A stretch of 64,000 nucleotides of DNA, from NCBI GenBank assembly GCA_964016885.1, contig OZ024741.1, positions 21,762,001 through 21,826,000 of the forward strand, read 5' to 3'. The stretch's first letter is position 1. Each line of letters begins with the position of its first letter. The notes under the pieces were generated by a model that saw nothing but the letters and a program-made list of their open reading frames with translations, did not search any database and was not told the origin of the DNA. Origin of the DNA: Eledone cirrhosa. Its lineage: Eukaryota. A program made the translations under genes and the position numbers. Of the stretch, positions 11,744 through 25,500 are shown piece after piece.

Positions 11744-14115
11744 GGTATTAGTTCTGGTACTCTGCTTTCTCAATTCAAATCCCACCGAGAGATTGTCTCC
11801 TAGTATTAATTCTGGTTCTCTGCTCTCTCAGTTCCAATCCCACCGAGAGAATGTCTCCTAGTATTAGTTCTGGTTCTCTGCTTTTTCAGTTCCAATCCCA
11901 CCGAGAGATTGTCTCCTAGTATTAGTTCTGGTTCTCTGCTCTCTCAGTTCCAATCCCACCGAGAGAATGTCTCCTAGTATTAGTTCTGGTTCTCTGCTTT
12001 TTCAGTTCCAATCCCACCGAGAGAATGTCTCCTAGTATTAGTTCTGGTTCTCTGCTTTCTCAGTTCCAATCCCACCGAAAGATTGTCTCCTAGTATTAGT
12101 TCTGGTTCTCTGCTCTCTCAGTTCCAATCCCACCGAGAGATTGTCTCCTGGTATTAGTTCTGGTTCTCTGCTCTCTCAGTTCCAATCCCACCGAGAGAAT
12201 GTCTCCTAGTATTAGTTCTGGTTCTCTGCTTTCTCAGTTCCAATCCCACCGAGAGAATGTCTCCTAGTATTAGTTCTGGTTCTCTGCTTTCTCAGTTCCA
12301 ATGCCACCGAGAGAATGTCTCCTAGTATTAGTTCTGGTTCTCTGCTTTCTCAGTTCCAATCCCACCGAGATATTGTCTCCTAGTATTAGTTCTGGTTCTC
12401 TGCTTTCTCAGTCCCAATCCCACCGAGAGAATGTCTCCTAGTATTAGTTCTGGTTCTCTGCTTTCTCAGTTCCAATCCCACCGAGATATTGTCTCCTAGT
12501 ATTAGTTCTGGTTCTCTGCTTTCTCAGTTCCAATCCCACCGAGATATTGTCTCCTAGTATTAGTTCTGGTTCTCTGCTTTCTCAGTTCCAATCCCACCGA
12601 AAGATTGTCTCCTAGTATTAGTTCTGGTTCTCTGCTCTCTCAGTTCCAATCCCACCGAGAGATTGTCTCCTAATATTAGTTCTGGTTCTCTGCTTTCTCA
12701 GTTCCAATCCCACCGAGAGATTGTCTCCTAGTATTAGTTCTGGTACTCTGCTTTCTCAGTTCCAATCCCACCGAGAGATTGTCTCCTCGTATTAATTCTG
12801 GTTCTTTGCTTTCTCAGTTCCAATCCCACCGAGAGATTGTCTCCTATTATTAGTTCTGGTTCTCTGCTTTCTCAGTTCCAATCCCACCGAGAGATTGTCT
12901 CCTAGTATTAGTTCTGGTTCTCTGCTCTCTCAATTCCAATCCCACCGAGAGAATGTCTCCTAGTATTAGTTCTGGTTCTCTGCTCTCTCATTTCCAATCC
13001 CACCGAGAGAATGTCTCCTAGTATTAGTTCTGGTTCTCTGCTTTCTCAGTTCCAATCCCACCAAGAGAATGTCTCCTAGTATTAGTTCTGGTTCTCTGCT
13101 TTCTCAGTTCAAATTCCACCGAGAGAATGTCTTCTAGTATTAGTTCTGGTTCTCTGCTTTCCCCGTTCAAATCCCACCGAGAGATTGTCTCCTGGTATTA
13201 GTTCTGGTACTCTGCTTTCTCAATTCAAATCCCACCGAGAGATTGTCTCCTAGTATTAATTCTGGTTCTCTGCTCTCTCAGTTCCAATCCCACCGAGAGA
13301 ATGTCTCCTAGTATTAGTTCTGGTTCTCTGCTTTTTCAGTTCCAATCCCACCGAGAGATTGTCTCCTAGTATTAGTTCTGGTTCTCTGCTCTCTCAGTTC
13401 CAATCCCACCGAGAGAATGTCTCCTAGTATTAGTTCTGGTTCTCTGCTTTTTCAGTTCCAATCCCACCGAGAGAATGTCTCCTAGTATTAGTTCTGGTTC
13501 TCTGCCTTTTCAGTTCCAATCCCACCGAGAGATTGTCTCCTAGTATTAGTTCTGGTTCTCTGCTTTCTCAGTTCCAATCCCACCGAGAGATTGTCTCCTA
13601 GTATTAGTTCTGGTTCTCTGCTTTCTCAGTTCCAATCCCACCGAGAGATTGTCTCCTAGTATTAGTTCTGGTTCTCTGCTTTCTCAGTTCCAATCCCACC
13701 GAGAGATTGTCTCCTCGTATTAGTTCTGGTTCTCTGCTTTCTCAGTTCCAATCCCACCGAGAGATTGTCTCCTAGTATTAGTTCTGGTTCTCTGCTCTCT
13801 CAGTTCCAATCCCACCGAGAGAATGTCTCCTAGTATTAGTTCTGGTTCTCTGCTTTTTCAGTTCCAATCCCACCGAGAGATTGTCTGCTAGTATTAGTTC
13901 TGGTTCTCTGCTCTCTCAGTTCCAATCCCACCGAGAGATTGTCTCCTGGTATTAGTTCTGGTTCTCTGCTCTCAGTTCCAATCCCACCGAGAGAATGTCT
14001 CCTAGTATTAGTTCTGGTTCTCTGCTTTCTCAGTTCCAATCCCACCGAAAGATTGTCTCCTAGTATTAGTTCTGGTTCTCTGCTCTCTCAGTTCCAATCC
14101 CACAGAGAGATTGTC

Positions 14116-17100
14116 TCCTGGTATTAGTTCTGGTTCTCTGCTCTCTCAGTTCAAATCCCACCGAGAGAATGTCTCCTAGTATTAGTTCTGGTTCTCTGCT
14201 TTCTCAGTTCCAATCCCACCGAAAGATTGTCTACTAGTATTAGTTCTGGTTCTCTGCTCTCTCAGTTCCAATCCCACCGAGAGATTGTCTCCTCGTATTA
14301 GTTCTGGTTCTCTGCTTTCTCAGTTCCAATCCCACCGAGAGATTGTCTCCTAGTATTAGTTCTGGTTCTCTGCTCTCTCAGTTCCAATCCCACCGAGAGA
14401 ATGTCTCCTAGTATTAGTTCTGGTTCTCTGCTTTCTCAGTTCCAATCCCACCGAGAGAATGTCTCCTAGTATTAGTTCTAGTTCTCTGCTTTTTCAGTTC
14501 CAATCCCACCGAGAGATTGTCTCCTAGTATTAGTTCTGGTTCTCTGCTCTCTCAGTTCCAATCCCACCGAGAGAATGTCTCCTAGTATTAGTTCTGGTTC
14601 TCTGCTTTCTCAGTTCCAATCCAACCGAAAGATTGTCTCCTAGTATTAGTTCTGGTTCTCTGCTCTCTCAGTTCCAATCCCACAGAGAGATTGTCTCCTG
14701 GTATTAGTTCTGGTTCTCTGCTCTCTCAGTTCCAATCCCACCGAGAGAATGTCTCCTAGTATTAGTTCTGGTTCTCTGCTTTCTCAGTTCCAATCCCACC
14801 GAGATATTGTCTCCTAGTATTAGTTCTGGTTCTCTGCTTTCTCAGTCCCAATCCCACCGAGAGAATGTCTCCTAGTATTAGTTCTGGTTCTCTGCTTTCT
14901 CAGTTCCATTCCCACCGAGATATTGTCTCCTAGTATTAGTTCTGGTCCTCTGTTTTCTCAGTTCCAATCCCACCGAGAGATTGTCTCCTCGTATTAGTTC
15001 TGGTTCTCTGCTTTCTCAGTTCCAATCCCACCGAAAGATTGTCTCCTAGTATTAGTTCTGGTTCTCTGCTCTCTCAGTTCCAATCCCACCGAGAGATTGT
15101 CTCCTAATATTAGTTCTGGTTCTCTGCTTTCTCAGTTCCAATCCCACCGAGAGATTGTCTCCTAGTATTAGTTCTGGTTCTCTGCTTTCTCAGTTCCAAT
15201 CCCACCGAGAGATTGTCTCCTCGTATTAATTCTGGTTCCTTGCTTTCTCAGTTCCAATCCCACCGAGAGATTGTCTCCTATTATTAGTTCTGGTTCTCTG
15301 CTTTCTCAGTTCCAATCCCACCGAGAGATTGTCTCTTAGTATTAGTTCTGGTTCTCTGCTCTCTCAATTCTAATCCCACCGAGAGAATGTCTCCTAGTAT
15401 TAGTTCTGGTTCTCTGCTTTCTCAGTTTCAATCCCACCGAGAGAATGTCTCCTAGTATTAGTTCTGGTTCTCTGCTCTCTCATTTCCAATCCCACCGAGA
15501 GAATGTCTCCTAGTATTAGTTCTGGTTCTCTGCTTTCTCAGTTCCAATCCCACCAAGAGAATGTCTCCTAGTATTAGTTCTGGTTCTCTGCTTTCTCAGT
15601 TCAAATTCCACCGAGAGAATATCTTCTAGTATTAGTTCTGGTTCTCTGCTTTCCCCGTTCAAATCCCACCGAGAGATTGTCTCCTGGTATTAGTTCTGGT
15701 ACACTGCTTTCTCAATTCAAATCCCACCGAGAGATTGTCTCCTAGTATTAATTCTGGTTCTCTGCTCTCTCAGTTCCAATCCCACCAAGAGAATGTCTCC
15801 TAGTATTAGTTCTGGTTCTCTGCTCTCTCAGTTCCAATCCCACCGAGAGAATGTCTCCTAGTATTAGTTCTGGTTCTCTGCTTTTTCAGTTCCAATCCCA
15901 CCGAGAGAATGTCTCCTAGTATTAGTTCTGGTTCTCTGCCTTTTCAGTACCAATCCCACCGAGAGATTGTCTCCTAGTATTAGTTCTGGTTCTCTGCTTT
16001 CTCAGTTCAAATCCCACCGAGAGATTGTCTGCTAGTATTAGTTCTGGTTCTCTGCTCTCTCAGTTCCAATCCCACCGAGAGATTGTCTCCTGGTATTAGT
16101 TCTGGTTCTCTGCTCTCTCAGTTCCAATCCCACCGAGAGAATGTCTCCTAGTATTAGTTCTGGTTCTCTGCTTTCTCAGTTCCAATCCCACCGAAAGATT
16201 GTCTCCTAGTATTAGTTCTGGTTCTCTGCTCTCTCAGTTCCAATCCCACCGAGAGATTGTCTCCTGGTATTAGTTCTGGTTCTCTGCTCTCTCAGTTCCA
16301 ATCCCACCGAGAGAATGTCTCCTAGTATTAGTTCTGGTTCTCTGCTTTCTCAGTTCCAATCCCACCGAAAGATTGTCTCCTGGTATTAGTTCTGGTTCTC
16401 TGCTCTCTCAGTTCCAATCCCACCGAGAGATTGTCTCCTAATATTAGTTCTGGTTCTCTGCTTTCTCAGTTCCAAACCCACCGAGAGATTGTCTCCTAGT
16501 ATTAGTTCTGGTTCTCTGCTTTCTCAGTTCCAATCCCACCGAGAGATTGTCTCCTAGTATTAATTCTGGTTCTTTGCTTTCTCAGTTCCAATCCCACCGA
16601 GAGATTGTCTCCTATTATTAGTTCTGGTTCTCTGCTTTCTCAGTTCCAATCCCACCGAGAGATTGTCTCCTAGTATTAGTTCTGGTTCTCTGCTCTCTCA
16701 ATTCCAATCCCACCGAGAGAATGTCTCCTAGTATTAGTTCTGGTTCTCTGCTTTCTCAGTTCCAATCCCACCGAGAGAGTGTCTTCTAGTATTAGTTCTG
16801 GTTCTCTGCTTTCTCAGTTCAAATCCCACCGAGAGAATGTCTTCTAGTATTAGTTCTGGTTCTCTGCTTTCTCAGTTCAAATCCCACCGAGAGATTGTCT
16901 CTTGGTATTAGTTCTGGTACTCTGTTTCTCAGTTCCAATCCCACCAAGAGAATGTCTCCTAGTATTAGTTCTTGTTCTCTGCTCTGTCAGTTCAAATACC
17001 ACCGAGAGTATGTCTCCTAGTATTAGTTCTGGTACTCTGCTTTCTCAGTTCCAATCCCACCGAGAGAGTGTCTTCTAGTATTAGTTCTGGTTCTCTGCTT

Positions 17101-18919
17101 TCTCAGTTCCAATCCCACCGAGAGAATGTCTCCTAGTATTAGTTCTGGTTCTCTGCCTTCTCAGTTCAAATCCCACCGAGAGAGTGTCTTCTAGTATTAG
17201 TTCTGGTTCTCTGCTTTCTTAGTTCCAATCCCACCGAGAGAATGTCTCCTAGTATTAGTTCTGGTTCTCTGCTTTCTCAGTTCCAATCCCACCGAGAGAA
17301 TGTCTCCTAGTATTAGTTCTGGTTCTCTGCTCTCTCATTTCCAATCCCACCGAGAGAATGTCTCCTAGTATTAGTTCTGTTTCTCTGCTTTCTCAGTTCC
17401 AATCCCACCAAGAGAATGTCTCCTAGTATTAGTTCTGGTTCTCTGCTTTCTCAGTTCAAATTCCACCGAGAGAATGTATTCTAGTATTAGTTCTGGTTCT
17501 CTGCTTTCCCCGTTCAAATCCCACCGAGAGATTGTCTCCTGGTATTAGTTCTGGTACTCTGCTTTCTCAATTCAAATCCCACCGAGAGATTGTCTCCTAG
17601 TATTAATTCTGGTTCTCTGCTCTCTCAGTTCCAATCCCACCGAGAGAATGTCTCCTAGTATTAGTTCTGGTTCTCTGCTTTTTCAGTTCCAATCCCACCG
17701 AGAGAATGTCTCCTAGTATTAGTTCTGGTTCTCTGCTTTCTCAGTTCCAATCCCACCGAGAGATTGTCTCCTAGTATTAGTTCTGGTTCTCTGCTCACTC
17801 AGTTCCAATCCCACCAAGAGAATGTCTCCTAGTATTAGTTCTGGTTCTCTGCCTTTTCAGTTCCAATCCCACCGAGAGATTGTCTCCTAGTATTAGTTCT
17901 GGTTCTCTGCTTTCTCAGTTCCAATCCCACCGAGAGATTGTCTCCTAGTATTAGTTCTGGTTCTCTGCTTTCTCAGTTCCAATCCCACCGAGAGATTGTC
18001 TCCTAGTATTAGTTCTGGTTCTCTGCTTTTTCAGTTCCAATCCCACCGAGAGAATGTCTCCTAGTATTAGTTCTGGTTCTCTGCTTTTTCAGTTCCAATC
18101 CCACCGAGAGAATGTCTCCTAGTATTAGTTCTGGTTCTCTGCTCTCTCAGTTCCATTCCCACCGAGAGATTGTCTCCTGGTATTAGTTCTGGTTCTCTGC
18201 TCTCTCAGTTCCAATCCCACCGAGAGAATGTCTCCTAGTATTAGTTCTGGTTCTCTGCTCTCTCAGTTCCAATCCCACCAAGAGAATGTCTCCTAGTATT
18301 AGTTCTGGTTCTCTGCCTTTTCAGTTCCAATCCCACCGAGAGATTGTCTCCTAGTATTAGTTCTGGTTCTCTGCTTTCTCAGTTCCAATCCCACCAAGAG
18401 ATTGTCTCCTAGTATTAGTTCTGGTTCTCTGCTTTCTCAGTTCCAATCCCACCGAGAGATTGTCTCCTAGTATTAGTTCTGGTTCTCTGCTTTTTCAGTT
18501 CCAATCCCACCGAGAGAATGTCTCCTAGTATTAGTTCTGGTTCTCTGCTTTTTCAGTTCCAATCCCACCGAGAGAATGTCTCCTAGTATTAGTTCTGGTT
18601 CTCTGCTCTCTCAGTTCCAATCCCACCGAGAGATTGTCTCCTGGTATTAGTTCTGGTTCTCTGCTCTCTCAGTTCCAATCCCACCGAGAGAATGTCTCCT
18701 AGTATTAGTTCTGGTTCTCTGCTTTCTCAGTTCCAATCCCACCGAAAGATTGTCTCCTAGTATTAGTTCTGGTTCTCTGCTCTCTCAGTTCCAATCCCAC
18801 CGAGAGATTGTCTCCTGGTATTAGTTCTGGTTCTCTGCTCTCTCAGTTCCAATCCCACCGAGAGAATGTCTCCTAGTATTAGTTCTGGTTCTCTGCTTTC
18901 TCAGTTCCAATCCCACCGA
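14116..18919. repeat. Duplicated block B, copy 1 (copy 2 at about 22580-27789; offset 146 monomers, then 153)
   Basis: Offset 8464 for CCAACC 14621/23085, ACACTG 15701/24165 and the AATGTATT variant 17477/25941. Offset 8870 for CTGCTCACTC 17791/26661 and TTCCATTCCC 18151/27021. Confidence 0.92.
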
Positions 18920-19044
18920 AAGATTGTCTCCTGGTATTAGTTCTGGTTCTCTGCTCTCTCAGTTCCAAACCCACCGAGAGATTGTCTCCTAGTATTAGTT
19001 CTGGTTCTCTGCTTTCTCAGTTCCAATCCCACCGAGAGATTGTC

Positions 19045-22000
19045 TCCTAGTATTAATTCTGGTTCTTTGCTTTCTCAGTTCCAATCCCACCGAGAGATTG
19101 TCTCCTATTATTAGTTCTGGTTCTCTGCTTTCTCAGTTCCAATCCCACCGAGAGATTGTCTCCTAGTATTAGTTCTGGTTCTCTGCTCTCTCAATTCCAA
19201 TCCCACCGAGAGAATGTCTCCTAGTATTAGTTCTGGTTCTCTGCTTTCTCAGTTCCAATCCCACCGAGAGAGTGTCTTCTAGTATTAGTTCTGGTTCTCT
19301 GCTTTCTCAGTTCAAATCCCACCGAGAGAATGTCTTCTAGTATTAGTTCTGGTTCTCTGCTTTCTCAGTTCAAATCCCACCGAGAGATTGTCTCCTGGTA
19401 TTAGTTCTGGTACTCTGTTTCTCAGTTCCAATCCCACCAAGAGAATGTCTCCTAGTATTAGTTCTTGTTCTCTGCTCTGTCAGTTCAAATACCACCGAGA
19501 GTATGTCTCCTAGTATTAGTTCTGGTACTCTGCTTTCTCAGTTCCAATCCCACCGAGAGAGTGTCTTCTAGTATTAGTTCTGGTTCTCTGCTTTCTCAGT
19601 TCCAATCCCACCGAGAGAATGTCTCCTAGTATTAGTTCTGGTTCTCTGCTTTCTCAGTTCCAATCCCACCGAGAGAATGTCTCCTAGTATTAGTTCTGGT
19701 TCTCTGCTCTCTCATTTCCAATCCCACCGAGAGAATGTCTCCTAGTATTAGTTCTGGTTCTCTGCTTTCTCAGTTCCAATCCCACCAAGAGAATGTCTCC
19801 TAGTATTAGTTCTGGTTCTCTGCTTTCTCAGTTCAAATTCCACCGAGAGAATGTCTTCTAGTATTAGTTCTGGTTCTCTGCTTTCCCCGTTCAAATCCCA
19901 CCGAGAGATTGTCTCCTGGTATTAGTTCTGGTACTCTGCTTTCTCAATTCAAATCCCACCGAGAGATTGTCTCCTAGTATTAATTCTGGTTCTCTGCTCT
20001 CTCAGTTCCAATCCCACCGAGAGAATGTCTCCTAGTATTAGTTCTGGTTCTCTGCTTTTTCAGTTCCAATCCCACCGAGAGATTGTCTCCTAGTATTAGT
20101 TCTGGTTCTCTGCTCTCTCAGTTCCAATCCCACCGAGAGAATGTCTCCTAGTATTAGTTCTGGTTCTCTGCCTTTTCAGTTCCAATCCCACCGAGAGAAT
20201 GTCTCCTAGTATTAGTTCTGGTTCTCTGCTCTGTCAGTTCAAATCCCACCGAGAGAATGTCTCCTAGTATTAGTTCTGGTTCTCTGCTTTCTCAGTTCCA
20301 ATCCCACCGAGAGATTGTCTCCTAGTATTAGTTCTGGTTCTCTGCTCTCTCAGTTCCAATCCCACCGAGAGAATGTCTCCTAGTATTAGTTCTGGTTCTC
20401 TGCTTTCTCAGTTCCAATCCCACCGAGAGATTGTCTCCTAGTATTAGTTCTGGTTCTCTGCTTTCTCAGTTCCAATCCCACCGAAAGATTGTCTCCTGGT
20501 ATTAGTTCTGGTTCTCTGCTCTCTCAGTTCCAATCCCACCGAGAGATTGTCTCCTAATATTAGTTCTGGTTCTCTGCTTTCTCAGTTCCAAACCCACCGA
20601 GAGATTGTCTCCTAGTATTAGTTCTGGTTTTCTGCTTTCTCAGTTCCAATCCCACCGAGAGATTGTCTCCTAGTATTAATTCTGGTTCTTTGCTTTCTCA
20701 GTTCCAATCCCACCGAGAGATTGTCTCCTATTATTAGTTCTGGTTCTCTGCTTTCTCAGTTCCAATCCCACCGAGAGATTGTCTCCTAGTATTAGTTCTG
20801 GTTCTCTGCTCTCTCAATTCCAATCCCACCGAGAGAATGTCTCCTAGTATTAGTTCTGGTTCTCTGCTTTCTCAGTTCCAATCCCACCGAGAGAGTGTCT
20901 TCTAGTATTAGTTCTGGTTCTCTGCTTTCTCAGTTCGAATCCCACCGAGAGAATGTCTTCTAGTATTAGTTCTGGTTCTCTGCTTTCTCAGTTCAAATCC
21001 CACCGAGAGATTGTCTCCTGGTATTAGTTCTGGTACTCTGTTTCTCAGTTCCAATCCCACCAAGAGAATGTCTCCTAGTATTAGTTCTTGTTCTCTGCTC
21101 TGTCAGTTCAAATACCACCGAGAGTATGTCTCCTAGTATTAGTTCTGGTACTCTGCTTTCTCAGTTCCAATCCCACCGAGAGAGTGTCTTCTAGTATTAG
21201 TTCTGGTTCTCTGCTTTCTCAGTTCCAATCCCACCGAGAGAATGTCTGCTAGTATTAGTTCTGGTTCTCTGCCTTCTCAGTTCAGATCCCACCGAGAGAG
21301 TGTCTTCTAGTATTAGTTCTGGTTCTCTGCTTTCTTAGTTCCAATCCCACCGAGAGAATGTCTCCTAGTATTAGTTCTGGTTCTCTGCTTTCTCAGTTCC
21401 AATCCCACCGAGAGAATGTCTCCTAGTATTAGTTCTGGTTCTCTGCTCTCTCATTTCCAATCCCACCGAGAGAATGTCTCCTAGTATTAGTTCTGGTTCC
21501 TGCTTTCTCAGTTCCAATCCCACCAAGAGAATGTCTCCTAGTATTAGTTCTGGTTCTCTGCTTTCTCAGTTCAAATTCCACCGAGAGAATGTCTTCTAGT
21601 ATTAGTTCTGGTTCTCTGCTTTCCCCGTTCAAATCCCACCGAGAGATTGTCTCCTGGTATTAGTTCTGGTACTCTGCTTTCTCAATTCAAATCCCACCGA
21701 GAGATTGTCTCCTAGTATTAATTCTGGTTCTCTGCTCTCTCAGTTCCAATCCCACCGAGAGAATGTCTCCTAGTATTAGTTCTGGTTCTCTGCTTTTTCA
21801 GTTCCAATCCCACCGAGAGATTGTCTCCTAGTATTAGTTCTGGTTCTCTGCTCTCTCAGTTCCAATCCCACCGAGAGAATGTCTCCTAGTATTAGTTCTG
21901 GTTCTCTGCTTTTTCAGTTCCAATCCCACCAACGGAATGTCTCCTAGTATTAGTTCTGGTTCTCTGCTTTCTCAGTTCAAATTCCACCGAGAGAATGTCT

Positions 22001-22097
22001 TCTAGTATTAGTTCTGGTTCTCTGCTTTCCCCGTTCAAATCCCACCGAGAGATTGTCTCCTAATATTAGTTCTGGTTCTCTGCTTTCTCAGTTCCAA
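19045..22097. repeat. Duplicated block C, copy 1 (copy 2 at about 31743-34737; offset 219, then 218 monomers)
   Basis: Offset 12640 for CAGTTCGAAT 20931/33571, the GGTTCCTG deletion 21500/34140 and AACGGAATG 21931/34571. The ORF track gives identical translations at 21429 and 34069. Confidence 0.92.
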
Positions 22098-22579
22098 TCC
22101 CACCGAGAGATTGTCTCCTAGTATTAGTTCTGGTTCTCTGCTCTCTCAGTTCCAATCCCACCGAGAGAATGTCTCCTAGTATTAGTTCTGGTTCTCTGCT
22201 TTCTCAGTTCCAATCCCACCGAGAGAATGTCTCCTAGTATTAGTTCTGGTTCTCTGCTTTTTCAGTTCCAATCCCACCGAGAGATTGTCTCCTAGTATTA
22301 ATTCTGGTTCTCTGCTCTCTCAGTTCAAATACCACCGAGAGTATGTCTCCTAGTATTAGTTCTGGTACTCTGCTTTCTCAGTTCCAATCCCACCGAGAGA
22401 GTGTCTTCTAGTATTAGTTCTGGTTCTCTGCTTTCTCAGTTCCAATCCCACCGAGAGAATGTCTCCTAGTATTAGTTCTGGTTCTCTGCTTTCTCAGTTC
22501 CAATCCCACCGAGAGAATGTCTCCTAGTATTAGTTCTGGTTCTCTGCTCTCTCATTTCCAATCCCACCGAGAGAATGTC

Positions 22580-25500
22580 TCCTGGTATTAGTTCTGGTTC
22601 TCTGCTCTCTCAGTTCAAATCCCACCGAGAGAATGTCTCCTAGTATTAGTTCTGGTTCTCTGCTTTCTCAGTTCCAATCCCACCGAAAGATTGTCTCCTA
22701 GTATTAGTTCTGGTTCTCTGCTCTCTCAGTTCCAATCCCACCGAGAGATTGTCTCCTCGTATTAGTTCTGGTTCTCTGCTTTCTCAGTTCCAATCCCACC
22801 GAGAGATTGTCTCCTAGTATTAGTTCTGGTTCTCTGCTCTCTCAGTTCCAATCCCACCGAGAGAATGTCTCCTAGTATTAGTTCTGGTTCTCTGCTTTCT
22901 CAGTTCCAATCCCACCGAGAGAATGTCTCCTAGTATTAGTTCTGGTTCTCTGCTTTTTCAGTTCCAATCCCACCGAGAGATTGTCTCCTAGTATTAGTTC
23001 TGGTTCTCTGCTCTCTCAGTTCCAATCCCACCGAGAGAATGTCTCCTAGTATTAGTTCTGGTTCTCTGCTTTCTCAGTTCCAATCCAACCGAAAGATTGT
23101 CTCCTAGTATTAGTTCTGGTTCTCTGCTCTCTCAGTTCCAATCCCACCGAGAGATTGTCTCCTGGTATTAGTTCTGGTTCTCTGCTCTCTCAGTTCCAAT
23201 CCCACCGAGAGAATGTCTCCGAGTATTAGTTCTGGTTCTCTGCTTTCTCAGTTCCAATCCCACCGAGATATTGTCTCCTAGTATTAGTTCTGGTTCTCTG
23301 CTTTCTCAGTCCCAATCCCACCGAGAGAATGTCTCCTAGTATTAGTTCTGGTTCTCTGCTTTCTCAGTTCCATTCCCACCGAGATATTGTCTCCTAGTAT
23401 TAGTTCTGGTCCTCTGTTTTCTCAGTTCCAATCCCACCGAGAGATTGTCTCCTAGTATTAGTTCTGGTTCTCTGCTTTCTCAGTTCCAATCCCACCGAAA
23501 GATTGTCTCCTAGTATTAGTTCTGGTTCTCTGCTTTCTCAGTTCCAATCCCACCGAGAGATTGTCTCCTAATATTAGTTCTGGTTCTCTGCTTTCTCAGT
23601 TCCAATCCCACCGAGAGATTGTCTCCTAGTATTAGTTCTGGTTCTCTGCTTTCTCAGTTCCAATCCCACCGAGAGATTGTCTCCTCATATTAATTCTGGT
23701 TCCTTGCTTTCTCAGTTCCAATCCCACCGAGAGATTGTCTCCTATTATTAGTTCTGGTTCTCTGCTTTCTCAGTTCCAATCCCACCGAGAGATTGTCTCT
23801 TAGTATTAGTTCTGGTTCTCTGCTCTCTCAATTCTAATCCCACCGAGAGAATGTCTCCTAGTATTAGTTCTGGTTCTCTGCTTTCTCAGTTCCAATCCCA
23901 CCGAGAGAATGTCTCCTAGTATTAGTTCTGGTTCTCTGCTCTCTCATTTCCAATCCCACCGAGAGAATGTCTCCTAGTATTAGTTCTGGTTCTCTGCTTT
24001 CTCAGTTCCAATCCCACCAAGAGAATGTCTCCTAGTATTAGTTCTGGTTCTCTGCTTTCTCAGTTCAAATTCCACCGAGAGAATATCTTCTAGTATTAGT
24101 TCTGGTTCTCTGCTTTCCCCGTTCAAATCCCACCGAGAGATTGTCTCCTGGTATTAGTTCTGGTACACTGCTTTCTCAATTCAAATCCCACCGAGAGATT
24201 GTCTCCTAGTATTAATTCTGGTTCTCTGCTCTCTCAGTTCCAATCCCACCAAGAGAATGTCTCCTAGTATTAGTTCTGGTTCTCTGCTCTCTCAGTTCCA
24301 ATCCCACCGAGAGAATGTCTCCTAGTATTAGTTCTGGTTCTCTGCTTTTTCAGTTCCAATCCCACCGAGAGAATGTCTCCTAGTATTAGTTCTGGTTCTC
24401 TGCCTTTTCAGTACCAATCCCACCGAGAGATTGTCTCCTAGTATTAGTTCTGGTTCTCTGCTTTCTCAGTTCAAATCCCACCGAGAGATTGTCTGCTAGT
24501 ATTAGTTCTGGTTCTCTGCTCTCTCAGTTCCAATCCCACCGAGAGATTGTCTCCTGGTATTAGTTCTGGTTCTCTGCTCTCTCAGTTCCAATCCCACCGA
24601 GAGAATGTCTCCTAGTATTAGTTCTGGTTCTCTGCTTTCTCAGTTCCAATCCCACCGAAAGATTGTCTCCTAGTATTAGTTCTGGTTCTCTGCTCTCTCA
24701 GTTCCAATCCCACCGAGAGATTGTCTCCTGGTATTAGTTCTGGTTCTCTGCTCTCTCAGTTCCAATCCCACCGAGAGAATGTCTCCTAGTATTAGTTCTG
24801 GTTCTCTGCTTTCTCAGTTCCAATCCCACCGAAAGATTGTCTCCTGGTATTAGTTCTGGTTCTCTGCTCTCTCAGTTCCAATCCCACCGAGAGATTGTCT
24901 CCTAATATTAGTTCTGGTTCTCTGCTTTCTCAGTTCCAAACCCACCGAGAGATTGTCTCCTAGTATTAGTTCTGGTTCTCTGCTTTCTCAGTTCCAATCC
25001 CACCGAGAGATTGTCTCCTAGTATTAATTCTGGTTCTTTGCTTTCTCAGTTCCAATCCCACCAAGAGATTGTCTCCTATTATTAGTTCTGGTTCTCTGCT
25101 TTCTCAGTTCCAATCCCACCGAGAGATTGTCTCCTAGTATTAGTTCTGGTTCTCTGCTCTCTCAATTCCAATCCCACCGAGAGAATGTCTCCTAGTATTA
25201 GTTCTGGTTCTCTGCTTTCTCAGTTCCAATCCCACCGAGAGAGTGTCTTCTAGTATTAGTTCTGGTTCTCTGCTTTCTCAGTTCAAATCCCACCGAGAGA
25301 ATGTCTTCTAGTATTAGTTCTGGTTCTCTGCTTTCTCAGTTCAAATCCCACCGAGAGATTGTCTCCTGGTATTAGTTCTGGTACTCTGTTTCTCAGTTCC
25401 AATCCCACCAAGAGAATGTCTCCTAGTATTAGTTCTTGTTCTCTGCTCTGTCAGTTCAAATACCACCGAGAGTATGTCTCCTAGTATTAGTTCTGGTACT

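Noticed and set aside
13836-14127. Overlapping ORFs of 69 aa (-) and 62 aa (+)
   Set aside because: They are translations of the satellite. 58 is not a multiple of 3, so stops recur every 174 bp, and the 2-bp deletion at about 13971 merely skips them. No independent coding signal is present.
21429-21632. 67-aa minus-strand ORF
   Set aside because: It is opened by the 1-bp deletion at about 21500, and the peptide is the repeat read in shifting frames.
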